A program made the translations under genes and the position numbers. 64,000 nt of DNA from a virus (taxonomy: Duplodnaviria > Heunggongvirae > Uroviricota > Caudoviricetes): positions 1-64,000 of the IMG/VR virus record IMGVR_UViG_3300005613_000042. One strand, given 5' to 3'. Each line of letters starts with the position of its first letter. Within the stretch, counting starts at the first letter, position 1. The notes below the pieces were generated by a model. The model saw only the letters and a list, made by a program, of their open reading frames with translations. It did no database searches and was not told where the DNA came from. This document shows, one piece after another, positions 1 through 8,248 of the stretch.

Positions 1-1
1 T

Positions 2-142
2 ACAAGAACCCCAGAACAAAAGATTGCTTTAAGAGCGTTAGTAGATGGGTTAAAGGGTATTTTCCCCAATGCTACAGTTCATGGGCATAATGAATTTGCA
101 AATAAGGCATGTCCGAGTTTTGATGTGCAGAGTGAATTTTGA
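2..142 (+). CDS. N-acetylmuramoyl-L-alanine amidase (Amidase_2/PGRP-type endolysin), C-terminal fragment; 5' end lies outside the window
   Basis: Frame 2 reads ...ATVHGHNEFANKACPSFDVQSEF*. HGHxE...KxCP is the C-terminal Zn-ligand signature of T7-lysozyme/PGRP amidases. Confidence 0.6.
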   Translation, partial: TRTPEQKIALRALVDGLKGIFPNATVHGHNEFANKACPSFDVQSEF

Positions 143-169
143 AAATTAACAATAATTTAACAATTAAAG

Positions 170-201
170 TTGGTTTGTTAAAGTGTTTTGATGTAATTTA
201 G
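170..201 (+). promoter_or_regulatory. putative Bacteroidetes-type early promoter (TTGGTTTG ... TAATTTAG)
   Basis: Matches the TTGGTTT..N~18..TAnnTTT(A/G) repeat also found upstream of five later genes. Resembles the Bacteroidetes -33 TTTG / -7 TAnnTTTG consensus. Confidence 0.4.
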
Positions 202-204
202 TAA

Positions 205-606
205 ATGATGTCACCATCGACTAGATTAAGAAAGCAGGATATTATCGAAATATGCCAACCAATTTTGGATTGGTGTGTTGAAAGGTATGGTATTTCAAAG
301 GATGTGTCAATAGATGTTACATATCGAAACCCATCTGAACATAGATATTTTGGCGAATATGAATGGGATACATCTACTATAGTTGTTTTTTATAATACAT
401 CCAATACCCCAAAGTTATTGATAGAAACTATTATCCACGAATATACACATCACCAACAATATCAAAATTGGTATACTAGATATGATAAAAAATACGGATA
501 TGATGATAATCCGTATGAAATAGTGGCAATGGAGCGTGAGCAAGATTGGTCAATTTGTTTCGATGATATTTTTCAAAAAAGTTTCCAAAATCATTTGGTG
601 GTTTAA
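205..606 (+). CDS. hypothetical protein with HExxH motif (IIHEYTHH), possible small Zn-metallopeptidase-like protein
   Basis: 133-aa ORF on the + strand. HEYTH motif seen in the translation. Confidence 0.5.
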   Translation: MMSPSTRLRKQDIIEICQPILDWCVERYGISKDVSIDVTYRNPSEHRYFGEYEWDTSTIVVFYNTSNTPKLLIETIIHEYTHHQQYQNWYTRYDKKYGYDDNPYEIVAMEREQDWSICFDDIFQKSFQNHLVV

Positions 607-634
607 GTTTGATTGATTATCTTGGAAAAACAAT

Positions 635-718
635 GGAGGATTGGCAGAGTGGTTAATGCAGCAGTTTGCTAAACTGTCTACCTTCGGGTAGCACTGGTTC
701 GAATCCAGTATTCTCCGC
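635..718 (+). tRNA. tRNA-Ser (anticodon GCT), class II with long variable arm
   Basis: GGAGGAT acceptor pairs with ATTCTCC (one G-T wobble). D-arm GCAGAGTGGTTAATGC. Anticodon stem-loop CAGTT-TGCTAAA-CTG. Long variable arm TCTACCTTCGGGTAGCAC. T-arm TGGTTCGAATCCA. Confidence 0.8.
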
Positions 719-881
719 TTACAAATTCAATGAAATGACTTTCAAAAGAGTTCAAATCGACCGGGTTAAAGAGGCCAAACGAATGTCTCGTAACATGAAT
801 GCTAAGTTGGATTCATACGCGTTCGCTAGTAAAAAGCGATATGTACGTAACGTTAAACACAAATCTAAATTTTTAGAATAC

Positions 882-954
882 GCGGACTAAGCTCAACTGG
901 ACGAGTACCACACATCCTGTGTGGGGGTTGGTGGTTCGAATCCACCAGTCCGCT
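882..954 (+). tRNA. tRNA-Gly (anticodon TCC), unusual A at position 33
   Basis: Perfect 7-bp acceptor GCGGACT/AGTCCGC. D-arm GCTCAACTGGACGAGT. Anticodon stem CCACA/TGTGG with loop CATCCTG. T-arm GGTGGTTCGAATCCACC. Confidence 0.7.
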
Positions 955-981
955 CTATTTTTTAACATTAAATGAAAAGTT

Positions 982-1182
982 ATGGAACAATTTTATTTGG
1001 TAAAGGTAAAGGTTGAGTTTGAAACCGATGCTGGAAAGATGAAAACTGGCACGGAATCTTACTTGGTTAGTGCTGTAAGTGTTACAGATGCTGAGGCTAA
1101 AATCAATGATGAATTTTCTACCTATCCACACGAATGGGAGGTAAAATCTGCGGCTAGTACCAGAATTATCAAAGTCATCTAA
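982..1182 (+). CDS. hypothetical small protein (66 aa)
   Basis: ORF on the + strand between tRNAs, co-directional with all confident genes. The overlapping minus-strand ORF is rejected. Confidence 0.4.
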   Translation: MEQFYLVKVKVEFETDAGKMKTGTESYLVSAVSVTDAEAKINDEFSTYPHEWEVKSAASTRIIKVI

Positions 1183-1273
1183 TTGTAGTTTTTCTGACAA
1201 TAAATTTGGGGAGGTGAGTTTGGTTTTTACCTAAAAGTTACTATATTAGTACTGTAATCAAACACACTTCCCC

Positions 1274-1525
1274 ATGTCAGATCTTACTAACATCGCTTCC
1301 AGAATTTCAGAAATTCTCAATGAATATCAGCCCGATGAACTTCGGGTTGAAGCCGATGACAGAATGATTCGAGTTCGCTGGAATTATTGGGACCGATTTT
1401 CTTCTGAAATTGAAGACCGAATTCTCAATGAAGCCATTCCTAAAGGGTTTTGTACCTACTGGGATGCTGAAGATCATGATGATCGGCTTTCCACTTATGT
1501 ATTTATCGTAGATACAGAATTTTAA
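1274..1525 (+). CDS. hypothetical protein (83 aa)
   Basis: ORF on the + strand. Confidence 0.45.
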   Translation: MSDLTNIASRISEILNEYQPDELRVEADDRMIRVRWNYWDRFSSEIEDRILNEAIPKGFCTYWDAEDHDDRLSTYVFIVDTEF

Positions 1526-1566
1526 ACAACACAACATACTCACGTAGCTCAAACTCATACTTAGTA

Positions 1567-1926
1567 ATGAAATTTTTTGAATTTTCCCAAAACAACTCCG
1601 GCGGTAGTTTTGAGGTCAATGATAAGTTATGCTATCGATTGTTCATTGAAGCAGATTCCCGCAAAGATGCCATTTATATGGCCGAAGAAATGGGCGTTTA
1701 CTTTAATGGGGTTGATGATGGTATTGATTGTCCCTGTTGTGGTAATAGATGGTACACTCCTGATGATATTAAATTTCCACTTAAATATTCGGAAAAAAAA
1801 GAATTTCACAATATCGAGGAATACGCCCAACACCTAGCCGACCATTATGGATGGACCAGTCCAGATGCTCGAATCTTCTACAAAGATGGCACCGTAAAAG
1901 AAATTTTCATTAATAAAAAGAAATAA
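1567..1926 (+). CDS. hypothetical protein (119 aa), Cys-rich CPCCGNRW motif
   Basis: ORF on the + strand. The alternative-frame ORF 1577..1837 is rejected. Confidence 0.5.
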   Translation: MKFFEFSQNNSGGSFEVNDKLCYRLFIEADSRKDAIYMAEEMGVYFNGVDDGIDCPCCGNRWYTPDDIKFPLKYSEKKEFHNIEEYAQHLADHYGWTSPDARIFYKDGTVKEIFINKKK

Positions 1927-1929
1927 ACA

Positions 1930-2376
1930 ATGGGACTTGACCAAATGTTGTATCGCAGAACTTATGTAGGTAGGACTTATAAAGTTACTGTGGAAAATCC
2001 TGATGAAAAGTACAATCTACCCAAAATCGATAAGGACAAAATCGTAGATGTTGTAGAAGAGGTAATGTATTGGAGAAAAGCAAATCATATTCACAAGTGG
2101 TTTGTTGATAATATCCAAAATGGAGTAGATGATTGCGGTACTTATGCTGTACCACTTGAAAAGCTACAGGAATTGGTAGACCTATGTAAACAAGTATTGG
2201 AAAATCCTGAAAAGGCTAGCGAACTTCTCCCAACCCAATCTGGATTTTTCTTTGGGGGTGTAGAATATGATGAATACTATTTCGAAGACCTAGAAAAAAC
2301 CATTAAGGGGTTGGGAGAAATCATGCCAACTATTGATGGGTTTAATAATATTCTTGAATATTCATCTAGTTGGTGA
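1930..2376 (+). CDS. hypothetical protein (148 aa)
   Basis: ORF on the + strand, tightly spaced after the previous gene. Confidence 0.5.
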   Translation: MGLDQMLYRRTYVGRTYKVTVENPDEKYNLPKIDKDKIVDVVEEVMYWRKANHIHKWFVDNIQNGVDDCGTYAVPLEKLQELVDLCKQVLENPEKASELLPTQSGFFFGGVEYDEYYFEDLEKTIKGLGEIMPTIDGFNNILEYSSSW

Positions 2377-2406
2377 TAATACTCATAACATTAAAAACCC
2401 AATAAA

Positions 2407-2592
2407 ATGGATGGTAGAAAACTAGCATTTGGTATCCCAACAGTTTTATTTGACTTATGGGCAATACCCGAAATTTTAAATCTTTTAACCAAAACTAGTG
2501 ATATGGCAAATTTTGTAGGAGTCATATTTCTAGTATCTGTAATTGTCCTACATTTCCTAACTTTTAAACTTTATAAACTGAAACCCAAATGA
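2407..2592 (+). CDS. small predicted membrane protein (61 aa)
   Basis: Two hydrophobic segments. Stop overlaps the next start (ATGA). Confidence 0.4.
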   Translation: MDGRKLAFGIPTVLFDLWAIPEILNLLTKTSDMANFVGVIFLVSVIVLHFLTFKLYKLKPK

Positions 2593-3419
2593 AAAAAGTA
2601 GTTGCAATTTTTATGTTGAGCATGTTTGCTCTAACTTCCACTTCTTGTTATAAGAAAATTAATGTAGGCCATACTGGCATCCGTGTAAACAAGTATGGTT
2701 CTGAAAAGGGTGTTGACCCAGCAACCGAAGTTACTGGTGTTGTGTGGTATGCTCCGTGGAAATATGATGTTTACGAAATGCCCAATACAGTTTGGAACGT
2801 GTTTTGGGACGATGATAAAGAGTTCCGCGTTTCTACCCAAGATGGTGCAGTATTGAGGTTTGATGTAGGTATGAATGCATCAGTACCAGCTGATAATTCT
2901 ATTCCAGTATTTATTAAATATTTCGAACGAATTGAACGTCTTCGAAATAACGTATGGCGTGATAAGGCCCAAAAGGCATTTAATCATGTTGCATCCTTTT
3001 ATACTGTAGATTCTCTTATTAACAATCGAGCATCCTATGAAGAACAAGCAGTAGCTATGGCAATCGAGCTTCTTGAAAAAGAAGGGTTGGATGTAGATGA
3101 CCTATTCATTTCAAAAGACTTGCGATATCCAAAGGAAATTGATGAAGCTATTAATAAGAAAATTATGGCTAAACAAGAAACTGAGGAAGCGGAAGAACGA
3201 GCACGTAAAGCAGAGGCTGCAGCTCGTGAGCGAATCAATAAGGCATATGGAGAAGCAGAGTCTATGCGAATTATGGCTGAGGCTGAATCTGAAGCATATG
3301 CTATTAAGAAACGAGAACTAAATGAACTTCTAATTCGCCAACAATGGATTGAAAAATGGGATGGTAAACTACCTGTTTATGGTGAACTACCACTTCTATA
3401 CAAAGATGTTCAAAAGTAA
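2589..3419 (+). CDS. SPFH/band-7 (prohibitin/HflKC-like) domain lipoprotein
   Basis: N-terminal signal peptide with lipobox-like LTSTSC. C-terminal Ala/Glu-rich coiled region (AEERARKAEAAARERINKAYGEAESMRIMAEAESEAYAIKKRE) typical of SPFH proteins. Confidence 0.55.
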   Translation: MKKVVAIFMLSMFALTSTSCYKKINVGHTGIRVNKYGSEKGVDPATEVTGVVWYAPWKYDVYEMPNTVWNVFWDDDKEFRVSTQDGAVLRFDVGMNASVPADNSIPVFIKYFERIERLRNNVWRDKAQKAFNHVASFYTVDSLINNRASYEEQAVAMAIELLEKEGLDVDDLFISKDLRYPKEIDEAINKKIMAKQETEEAEERARKAEAAARERINKAYGEAESMRIMAEAESEAYAIKKRELNELLIRQQWIEKWDGKLPVYGELPLLYKDVQK

Positions 3420-3441
3420 TCTTTGAAAATTTAGTAATATT

Positions 3442-3498
3442 CTTTGGAATTGCGACCACTAGTTTGTATATTTACAACAGCTGGTCGCAGTTCCAAAG
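3442..3498 (+). other. large imperfect inverted repeat / stem-loop (18-bp arms, about 21-nt loop) immediately downstream of the SPFH gene
   Basis: ctttggaattgcgaccac ... ctggtcgcagttccaaag. No T-run follows. Confidence 0.4.
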
Positions 3499-3528
3499 AA
3501 ATTTCTAAATAAAACATTAACTAAATAA

Positions 3529-3601
3529 GGGCCCATAGCTCAGCGGTTAGAGCAGTTCACTCATAATGAATTGGCCGTAGGTTCGAATCCTACTGGGCCC
3601 A
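3529..3601 (+). tRNA. tRNA-Met (anticodon CAT); could instead be an Ile-lysidine type
   Basis: Acceptor GGGCCCA/TGGGCCC. D-arm AGCTCAGCGGTTAGAGC. Anticodon stem-loop GTTCA-CTCATAA-TGAAT. T-arm GTAGGTTCGAATCCTAC. Confidence 0.8.
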
Positions 3602-3636
3602 CTATAAGCATACATTTAATCAAAAATACATAATAT

Positions 3637-4656
3637 ATGAAAAAAAAATATCTAACATATGATGATATTCAACTTGTACCAAACTATTCACAAATTGAAT
3701 CACGTCTATTGATAGACCTTTCTACTAGAGTAACTAAAAACTATTCTATATCAATCCCCATTATTGCAGCACCAATGGATACTGTGTGTGAGTTTGATAT
3801 GGCGTTTAAATTATACAATTTAGGTGGCGTTGGGTGTGTACATAGATTCATGTCCATTGATGAACAAACTGAGATTGTTAAAAAACTTCATAATAATGGT
3901 GTGAGTCCAATAATGGCTGCAGTTGGTGTAAAATCAGAAGATAGAACTAGAGCTAAATCACTATCAGATTCTGGAGTTCAAATTTTGGTAATAGATGTAG
4001 CACATGGCCACCATCAAAATGTAATTAACATGGTCAAATGGTGTAAAGATAATTTACCAACCCATGTTGATATTGTAGCCGGTAACATTGCTACTGCTTC
4101 CGCTGCTATTGATTTGTTAAACGCTGGTGCAGATGCTCTACGTGCTGGTATTGGGAACGGCTCATTATGTACTACTAGAATTAAAACTGGATTTGGAATT
4201 CCAAGTGTATCATGTATAGAAGATATATACAATTCAATGCTTAATGTATCAGAATCTATACCAATATGGGCAGATGGTGGTATCAGAAATAGTGGAGATA
4301 TTGCTAAAGCGTTAGCGATAGGTGCAGACTGTGTTATGCTTGGTAGTATATTGGCTGGTACTGAGGAAGCACCAGGGCAAATTATTGATAAAAATAATAA
4401 ATTATACAAACGATATCGTGGAAGTGCGAGTAGGGAAACTAAATTGACTCACGGCCAAGAGGATAGAAACATTGAAGGTGAATCTACAATAATTCCATAT
4501 AAGGGTGGAGTAAAATACATCATTAATGATATTATAGATGGAATTAGGTCAGCTTTATCTTATGCTGGCGCTAGTACCATCGATGAATTTTTACCCGAAT
4601 ATGTTATAATTACTAATGCTGGGCAGATTGAAGCTAGACCTCATTTGTTAGGTTAA
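3637..4656 (+). CDS. guaC: GMP reductase / IMP dehydrogenase-family oxidoreductase (no CBS insert, GuaC-like)
   Basis: Catalytic Cys loop GIGNGSLCTTR. ADGGIRNSGDIAKALAIGADCVMLGS phosphate-binding region. Length 339 aa. Confidence 0.7.
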   Translation: MKKKYLTYDDIQLVPNYSQIESRLLIDLSTRVTKNYSISIPIIAAPMDTVCEFDMAFKLYNLGGVGCVHRFMSIDEQTEIVKKLHNNGVSPIMAAVGVKSEDRTRAKSLSDSGVQILVIDVAHGHHQNVINMVKWCKDNLPTHVDIVAGNIATASAAIDLLNAGADALRAGIGNGSLCTTRIKTGFGIPSVSCIEDIYNSMLNVSESIPIWADGGIRNSGDIAKALAIGADCVMLGSILAGTEEAPGQIIDKNNKLYKRYRGSASRETKLTHGQEDRNIEGESTIIPYKGGVKYIINDIIDGIRSALSYAGASTIDEFLPEYVIITNAGQIEARPHLLG

Positions 4657-4729
4657 AAAAAATGTGTTTTCACGCTTGTTTAATATGCTTCTGTTGGGTA
4701 TATTGTAACTCTGATTGATAGTTAAACAT

Positions 4730-4802
4730 ACTCACGTAGCTCAATGGTTAGAGCAGATGGCTTATATCCATCAGGTTGCAGGTTCAAGTCCTGTCGTGAG
4801 TA
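4730..4802 (+). tRNA. tRNA-Ile (anticodon TAT, decodes AUA)
   Basis: Acceptor ACTCACG/CGTGAGT. D-arm GCTCAATGGTTAGAGC. Anticodon stem GATGG/CCATC with loop CTTATAT. T-arm GCAGGTTCAAGTCCTGT. Confidence 0.75.
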
Positions 4803-4818
4803 CCAAATCTCTAAAAAT

Positions 4819-4890
4819 GGTCAAGTGGCTGAGTGGCTAGGCGGAAGACTGCAAATCTTCTTTACATGGGTTCGAATCCTATCTTGACCT
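4819..4890 (+). tRNA. tRNA-Cys (anticodon GCA)
   Basis: Acceptor GGTCAAG/CTTGACC. Anticodon stem GAAGA/TCTTC with loop CTGCAAA. T-arm ATGGGTTCGAATCCTAT. D-stem has one non-canonical pair. Confidence 0.65.
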
Positions 4891-4937
4891 CATCGCCAAT
4901 GGTACGATATTGTTATTACAGTTTTTAAATCTATAAA

Positions 4938-5483
4938 ATGAAAGTTATATTTTTAGACCATGATGGTGTAATATGCCTCCAAAAAAACTGGGGGTCAAGA
5001 TTCAAAAAACAAAAAAATTGGGGTAGGTCTCCCGGTACAAGCTTTAAACAGGTTCCTGTTGAATATCGTTTTGATGACTTTGATAAAGATTGTGTAAATA
5101 TCCTGAATGAAATTCTCACAGAAACGGGTGCGGAAATTGTAACTTCATCTGATTGGAAACGACATGCAACTATTGATGAAATGTCTGAGTTTTTCAGACA
5201 CCAAGGTGTAATTAAATCACCTATTGATTTTACAAAAGATGGGTGGAGTGGTGGAGTTAATCATATCTTAGATACTTTACCATTTGATAAAAATCGAAAT
5301 GTTGAAATTACTCGTATTGCTGAAATTTTAGATTGGTTGCAACAACATTCCGAAGTAACTAAATGGGTAGCGGTGGATGATTTAGATATGAATGAGCTTG
5401 AACATTTTGTACATACTAGATTTCCACGAGAAGGAATTAAACAACTTGGTATCAAGAATAAGATTTTAAAGCATCTAATATGA
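4938..5483 (+). CDS. hypothetical protein (181 aa)
   Basis: ORF on the + strand. Confidence 0.5.
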   Translation: MKVIFLDHDGVICLQKNWGSRFKKQKNWGRSPGTSFKQVPVEYRFDDFDKDCVNILNEILTETGAEIVTSSDWKRHATIDEMSEFFRHQGVIKSPIDFTKDGWSGGVNHILDTLPFDKNRNVEITRIAEILDWLQQHSEVTKWVAVDDLDMNELEHFVHTRFPREGIKQLGIKNKILKHLI

Positions 5484-6010
5484 ATAAACTTCAGTTTTTA
5501 AAAGTATTCTTCTCACCATTTGAAAGGCCAAAATTAAAATGGTATTTTGGTAAAGTTGCTATAGGTACTCCATATTTTTACCCCCGTAAATGGGTTAACC
5601 ACCCTGAAAAGGTTGGTTATAAAACATCAGTTCCAAAAAAAATTGGATTTGATTTTGTTGGATTAGGGTATAAAACAAAATGGACAGGTACAGATTATCG
5701 ATTTGAATGGGCACCCCGCATTTCATTTGTTTTCTTCAAATGGCAGATTGCTGTAATATTAGAAGTACCATATCCAGAACACTATTGGAGTTGTTGGCTC
5801 ACTTATGAAAACCATACAGATAAAGATTTACTTGATGTTGAAGCACGAATTCAACTAGCAATGAAAATCAATCCTCAAATTTGGACTTTATATAACAAAG
5901 ATGGTGAAGAAGAAAGTGTATGGTATTGGCCTAAAATTTTGAAAGAAAAATATAAACATAAACTCCAAACACAATTTTTTGCTGTAGTAGACAACCACCA
6001 AACCCATTAA
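5480..6010 (+). CDS. hypothetical protein (176 aa), Trp/Tyr-rich
   Basis: ORF on the + strand overlapping the previous stop (ATGA). Confidence 0.5.
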   Translation: MNKLQFLKVFFSPFERPKLKWYFGKVAIGTPYFYPRKWVNHPEKVGYKTSVPKKIGFDFVGLGYKTKWTGTDYRFEWAPRISFVFFKWQIAVILEVPYPEHYWSCWLTYENHTDKDLLDVEARIQLAMKINPQIWTLYNKDGEEESVWYWPKILKEKYKHKLQTQFFAVVDNHQTH

Positions 6011-6033
6011 ATCAAAAAATTTTTGTTAATGTT

Positions 6034-6064
6034 TTGGTTGTTTGAAAGGTTTTTTGTAGCTTTA
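6034..6064 (+). promoter_or_regulatory. putative early promoter repeat (TTGGTTG ... TAGCTTTA)
   Basis: Member of the conserved intergenic repeat family; see finding. Confidence 0.45.
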
Positions 6065-6077
6065 AATTGTAAAAGAA

Positions 6078-6554
6078 ATGACAATGATTAACCCCACCAT
6101 CACCTTTTTAATTGGACCACCTGCCGCTGGTAAGTCCACTTGGACTGCTAAACATGGTAAAGGTTCAATCATCATTAGCCGTGATGATATCGTTGATAAA
6201 CTTCGCGGTAACATGAGCTATAATGATACCTTTTTGGATAGGGGATTTCAGAAAAAAGTTAATTCCGTATTGGCTTCTCACATCTCTAAATCCATCAAAA
6301 GTGGTAAGAATATCATTGTGGATATGACCAATATGAGTGTTAAAAGCCGTTCAAACATTCTCAGTAGAATTGGTGATGAATATCATCGTAAAGCTGTTGT
6401 TTTTAAGGTGGATAAACCCGAACTTATCCGTAGATTGAAACAACGAGAAATGGAGACTGGAAAACACATCCCCATGAAAGTGTTGGATAGTATGATTTCC
6501 CGATACGAACCCCCTACTTACGATGAATTTGATGAAATTGAAATTATTAAGTAA
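6078..6554 (+). CDS. pnk: polynucleotide 5'-kinase, kinase domain only (T4 Pnk N-terminal domain homologue, no HAD phosphatase domain)
   Basis: Aligns by eye to the T4 Pnk kinase domain: P-loop LIGPPAAGKSTW versus T4 TIGCPGSGKSTW. Also IIISRDD, VDMTNMSVKSR and PMKVLDSM match T4 NINRDD, ISDTNLNPERR and PIDVLRSM. Only 158 aa. Confidence 0.75.
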   Translation: MTMINPTITFLIGPPAAGKSTWTAKHGKGSIIISRDDIVDKLRGNMSYNDTFLDRGFQKKVNSVLASHISKSIKSGKNIIVDMTNMSVKSRSNILSRIGDEYHRKAVVFKVDKPELIRRLKQREMETGKHIPMKVLDSMISRYEPPTYDEFDEIEIIK

Positions 6555-6580
6555 AAATAATATTCGTTAATTGGTTGGTT

Positions 6581-6620
6581 TTTTGAATCATTGTTTGTAT
6601 CTTTACTTTGTAAGAAAAGT
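6581..6620 (+). promoter_or_regulatory. putative early promoter repeat (TTGGTTGGTT ... TATCTTTACTTTG)
   Basis: Member of the conserved intergenic repeat family. Confidence 0.45.
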
Positions 6621-6631
6621 TAACCATAACA

Positions 6632-7672
6632 ATGGATTTAAAGGATTTTATCAATTCAGCTGAACAAGGTAGGGTTTACATGCAAGAATCCCCTTGCGGC
6701 AACCTTGTTTTGTTTAATTATACCCCTGAAACTCAATTCAGTCGGGATTGGGATAGTATTACTTTAGCTTCTCGTGGTATTATCTTCGAAAAAGATTCAG
6801 GCTCTATTATCGCCAGACCTTTTGGTAAATTCTTCAATATGGAAGAACATGCCCAAGAAGGTATGGAACCCATTCCTAATGAAGAATTTGAAGTATATGA
6901 AAAAGTAGATGGTTCTTTGGGAATTATCTATTGGTACAACTTTCGCTGGAATGTAGCCACCAGAGGTTCGTTTTCAAGTGAACAAGCCATCAAGGCTGAA
7001 AAAATGTTGTATGACTTATATAATGTTGAACGATTAGACCCTCAATTCACTTACTTGGTGGAAATCATCTATCCTGAAAACCGGATTGTAGTTAATTATG
7101 GAGATGATGAAGCGTTGGTATTGCTAGCAGTAGTGGATACTGCAAGTGGTAGAGAAGATTCTATTGAAAATTGGAGACATATCGGATGGGGTATGGCTCT
7201 TAGTTATGATTTTAAAGATTTTAATGCTATTAAGGCATTAGATTGGAATAATAGTGAAGGCTTTGTAATTCGTTTCAAATCAGGTTTTCGAATGAAAATC
7301 AAGTTTGATAACTATGTTAAGCTTCATCGTATCATGACTGAAATGACTCCTAAGCGAATCTTCGAAGCTTGGGAAAGTGGTGTTCCTGTTTCAGAAAATT
7401 TAGACGGTGTTCCCGATGAAATCTTTGATGAAATCAAAGAGTGGGAATCCAAGTTCGAAAAAGAATATGGTTATATAAACTTAGAAGTTTATACTAACTT
7501 AATGTGTTGTATGAGTGGATTGGAAGATATTAATAGTAATAGAGAAACCCGTAAATTGTTTGCGGAACGTGCTCTAAAAACCGAATATCCCGGAATTATG
7601 TTTGGGATGTTGGATGGTAAAGATGTACACAACGCTATTTGTAAAGAAATTTACAAAAAGTTTTTCTACTAA
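6632..7672 (+). CDS. rnlA: RNA ligase 1 (T4 RnlA-like)
   Basis: Motif I EKVDGSLGI (KxDG). RGIIFEKDSGSIIARPFGKFFNMEE resembles T4 RGIMFE...RPMEKFFNLNE. Motif III VEIIYPENRIV. Motifs IV-V EGFVIRFKSGFRMKIKFDNY match T4 [20 protein letters not shown]. Confidence 0.8.
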   Translation: MDLKDFINSAEQGRVYMQESPCGNLVLFNYTPETQFSRDWDSITLASRGIIFEKDSGSIIARPFGKFFNMEEHAQEGMEPIPNEEFEVYEKVDGSLGIIYWYNFRWNVATRGSFSSEQAIKAEKMLYDLYNVERLDPQFTYLVEIIYPENRIVVNYGDDEALVLLAVVDTASGREDSIENWRHIGWGMALSYDFKDFNAIKALDWNNSEGFVIRFKSGFRMKIKFDNYVKLHRIMTEMTPKRIFEAWESGVPVSENLDGVPDEIFDEIKEWESKFEKEYGYINLEVYTNLMCCMSGLEDINSNRETRKLFAERALKTEYPGIMFGMLDGKDVHNAICKEIYKKFFY

Positions 7673-7675
7673 TCA

Positions 7676-7707
7676 CTTGGTTTCTTCAAAAACCGTTCGT
7701 ACCTTTG
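7676..7707 (+). promoter_or_regulatory. putative early promoter repeat (CTTGGTTTCTTCAAAAACCGTTCGTACCTTTG); the -7 box exactly matches TAnnTTTG
   Basis: About 40 nt identical to the copy at 8201-8241. Confidence 0.5.
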
Positions 7708-8187
7708 CTGCGTTCGAGGGTTACGAACAAAACACTAAAAACACTCACTAAGATGACAATCGCTCAACAGCTTAAAATCAAAGAATTTCCCTTTGAAATT
7801 AAGGATAGCCGGGGAAATGGGGTATACTTTGAAGGCTCCGATGGTTATTGGGCCAAGCGGGAATACGATGACCAAGGAAATCTGGTCTACTATGAAAACT
7901 CCACTGGTTATTGGGAAAAATCGGAATACGATGACCAAGGAAATGAAGTCTACTATGAAGACTCCACTGGTTATTGGGAAAAACGGGAATACAATAATCA
8001 AGGAAATCTGGTCTACTTTGAAAACTCCATTGGTTATTGGGAAAAATCGGAATACAATGACCAAGGAAATGAGGTCTACTGGGAAAACACCTATGGTGAT
8101 TGGGAAAAATCGGAATACGATAATCAAGGAAATGAAGTCTACTGGGAAGACTCCGATGGTACTATTGAAGACAATCGAGTGAGTTAA
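7705..8187 (+). CDS. tandem-repeat protein (about 5.5 copies of a 21-aa GYWEKSEYDDQGNEVYYEDST unit)
   Basis: The ORF is built almost entirely of 63-nt DNA repeats. The aromatic/acidic repeat is of unknown family (MORN/YD-like flavour). Confidence 0.55.
   Translation: MLRSRVTNKTLKTLTKMTIAQQLKIKEFPFEIKDSRGNGVYFEGSDGYWAKREYDDQGNLVYYENSTGYWEKSEYDDQGNEVYYEDSTGYWEKREYNNQGNLVYFENSIGYWEKSEYNDQGNEVYWENTYGDWEKSEYDNQGNEVYWEDSDGTIEDNRVS
7810..8157 (+). repeat. 63-bp tandem repeat array (about 5.5 copies) inside the CDS 7705..8187
   Basis: Units start near 7843, 7906, 7969, 8032 and 8095, with a partial unit before them. Confidence 0.7.
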
Positions 8188-8209
8188 CCGAAAAAATTGT
8201 TACTAATCA

Positions 8210-8241
8210 CTTGGTTTCTTCAAAAACCGTTCGTACCTTTA
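8210..8241 (+). promoter_or_regulatory. putative early promoter repeat (CTTGGTTTCTTCAAAAACCGTTCGTACCTTTA)
   Basis: Near-identical copy of the 7676-7707 element. Confidence 0.5.
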
Positions 8242-8248
8242 GGAAGTA

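Noticed and set aside
666-890. 74-aa ORF spanning the tRNA-Ser and tRNA-Gly genes
   Set aside because: It overlaps two well-folded tRNAs, so it is spurious.
1203-1270. Hairpin GGGGAGGTG...CACACTTCCCC (9-bp stem enclosing about 50 nt) considered as a tRNA
   Set aside because: It is too short (66 nt), has no T-loop or D-loop motifs and no cloverleaf. It is kept only as a possible 5'-UTR structure.
4014-4409. 131-aa minus-strand ORF inside the GMP reductase gene
   Set aside because: It is antisense to a confidently identified enzyme gene with conserved motifs.
7810-8157. Possible CRISPR-like array, because of regular direct repeats
   Set aside because: The repeats are contiguous with no spacers, are in-frame coding, and the units are 63 bp. 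It is a protein tandem repeat, not a CRISPR.
7735-8182. Minus-strand ORF 7735..8127 and alternative + frame ORF 7793..8182 inside the repeat gene
   Set aside because: Tandem 63-bp repeats keep all frames open. The frame giving the Tyr/Trp/acidic repeat with an upstream promoter was chosen.
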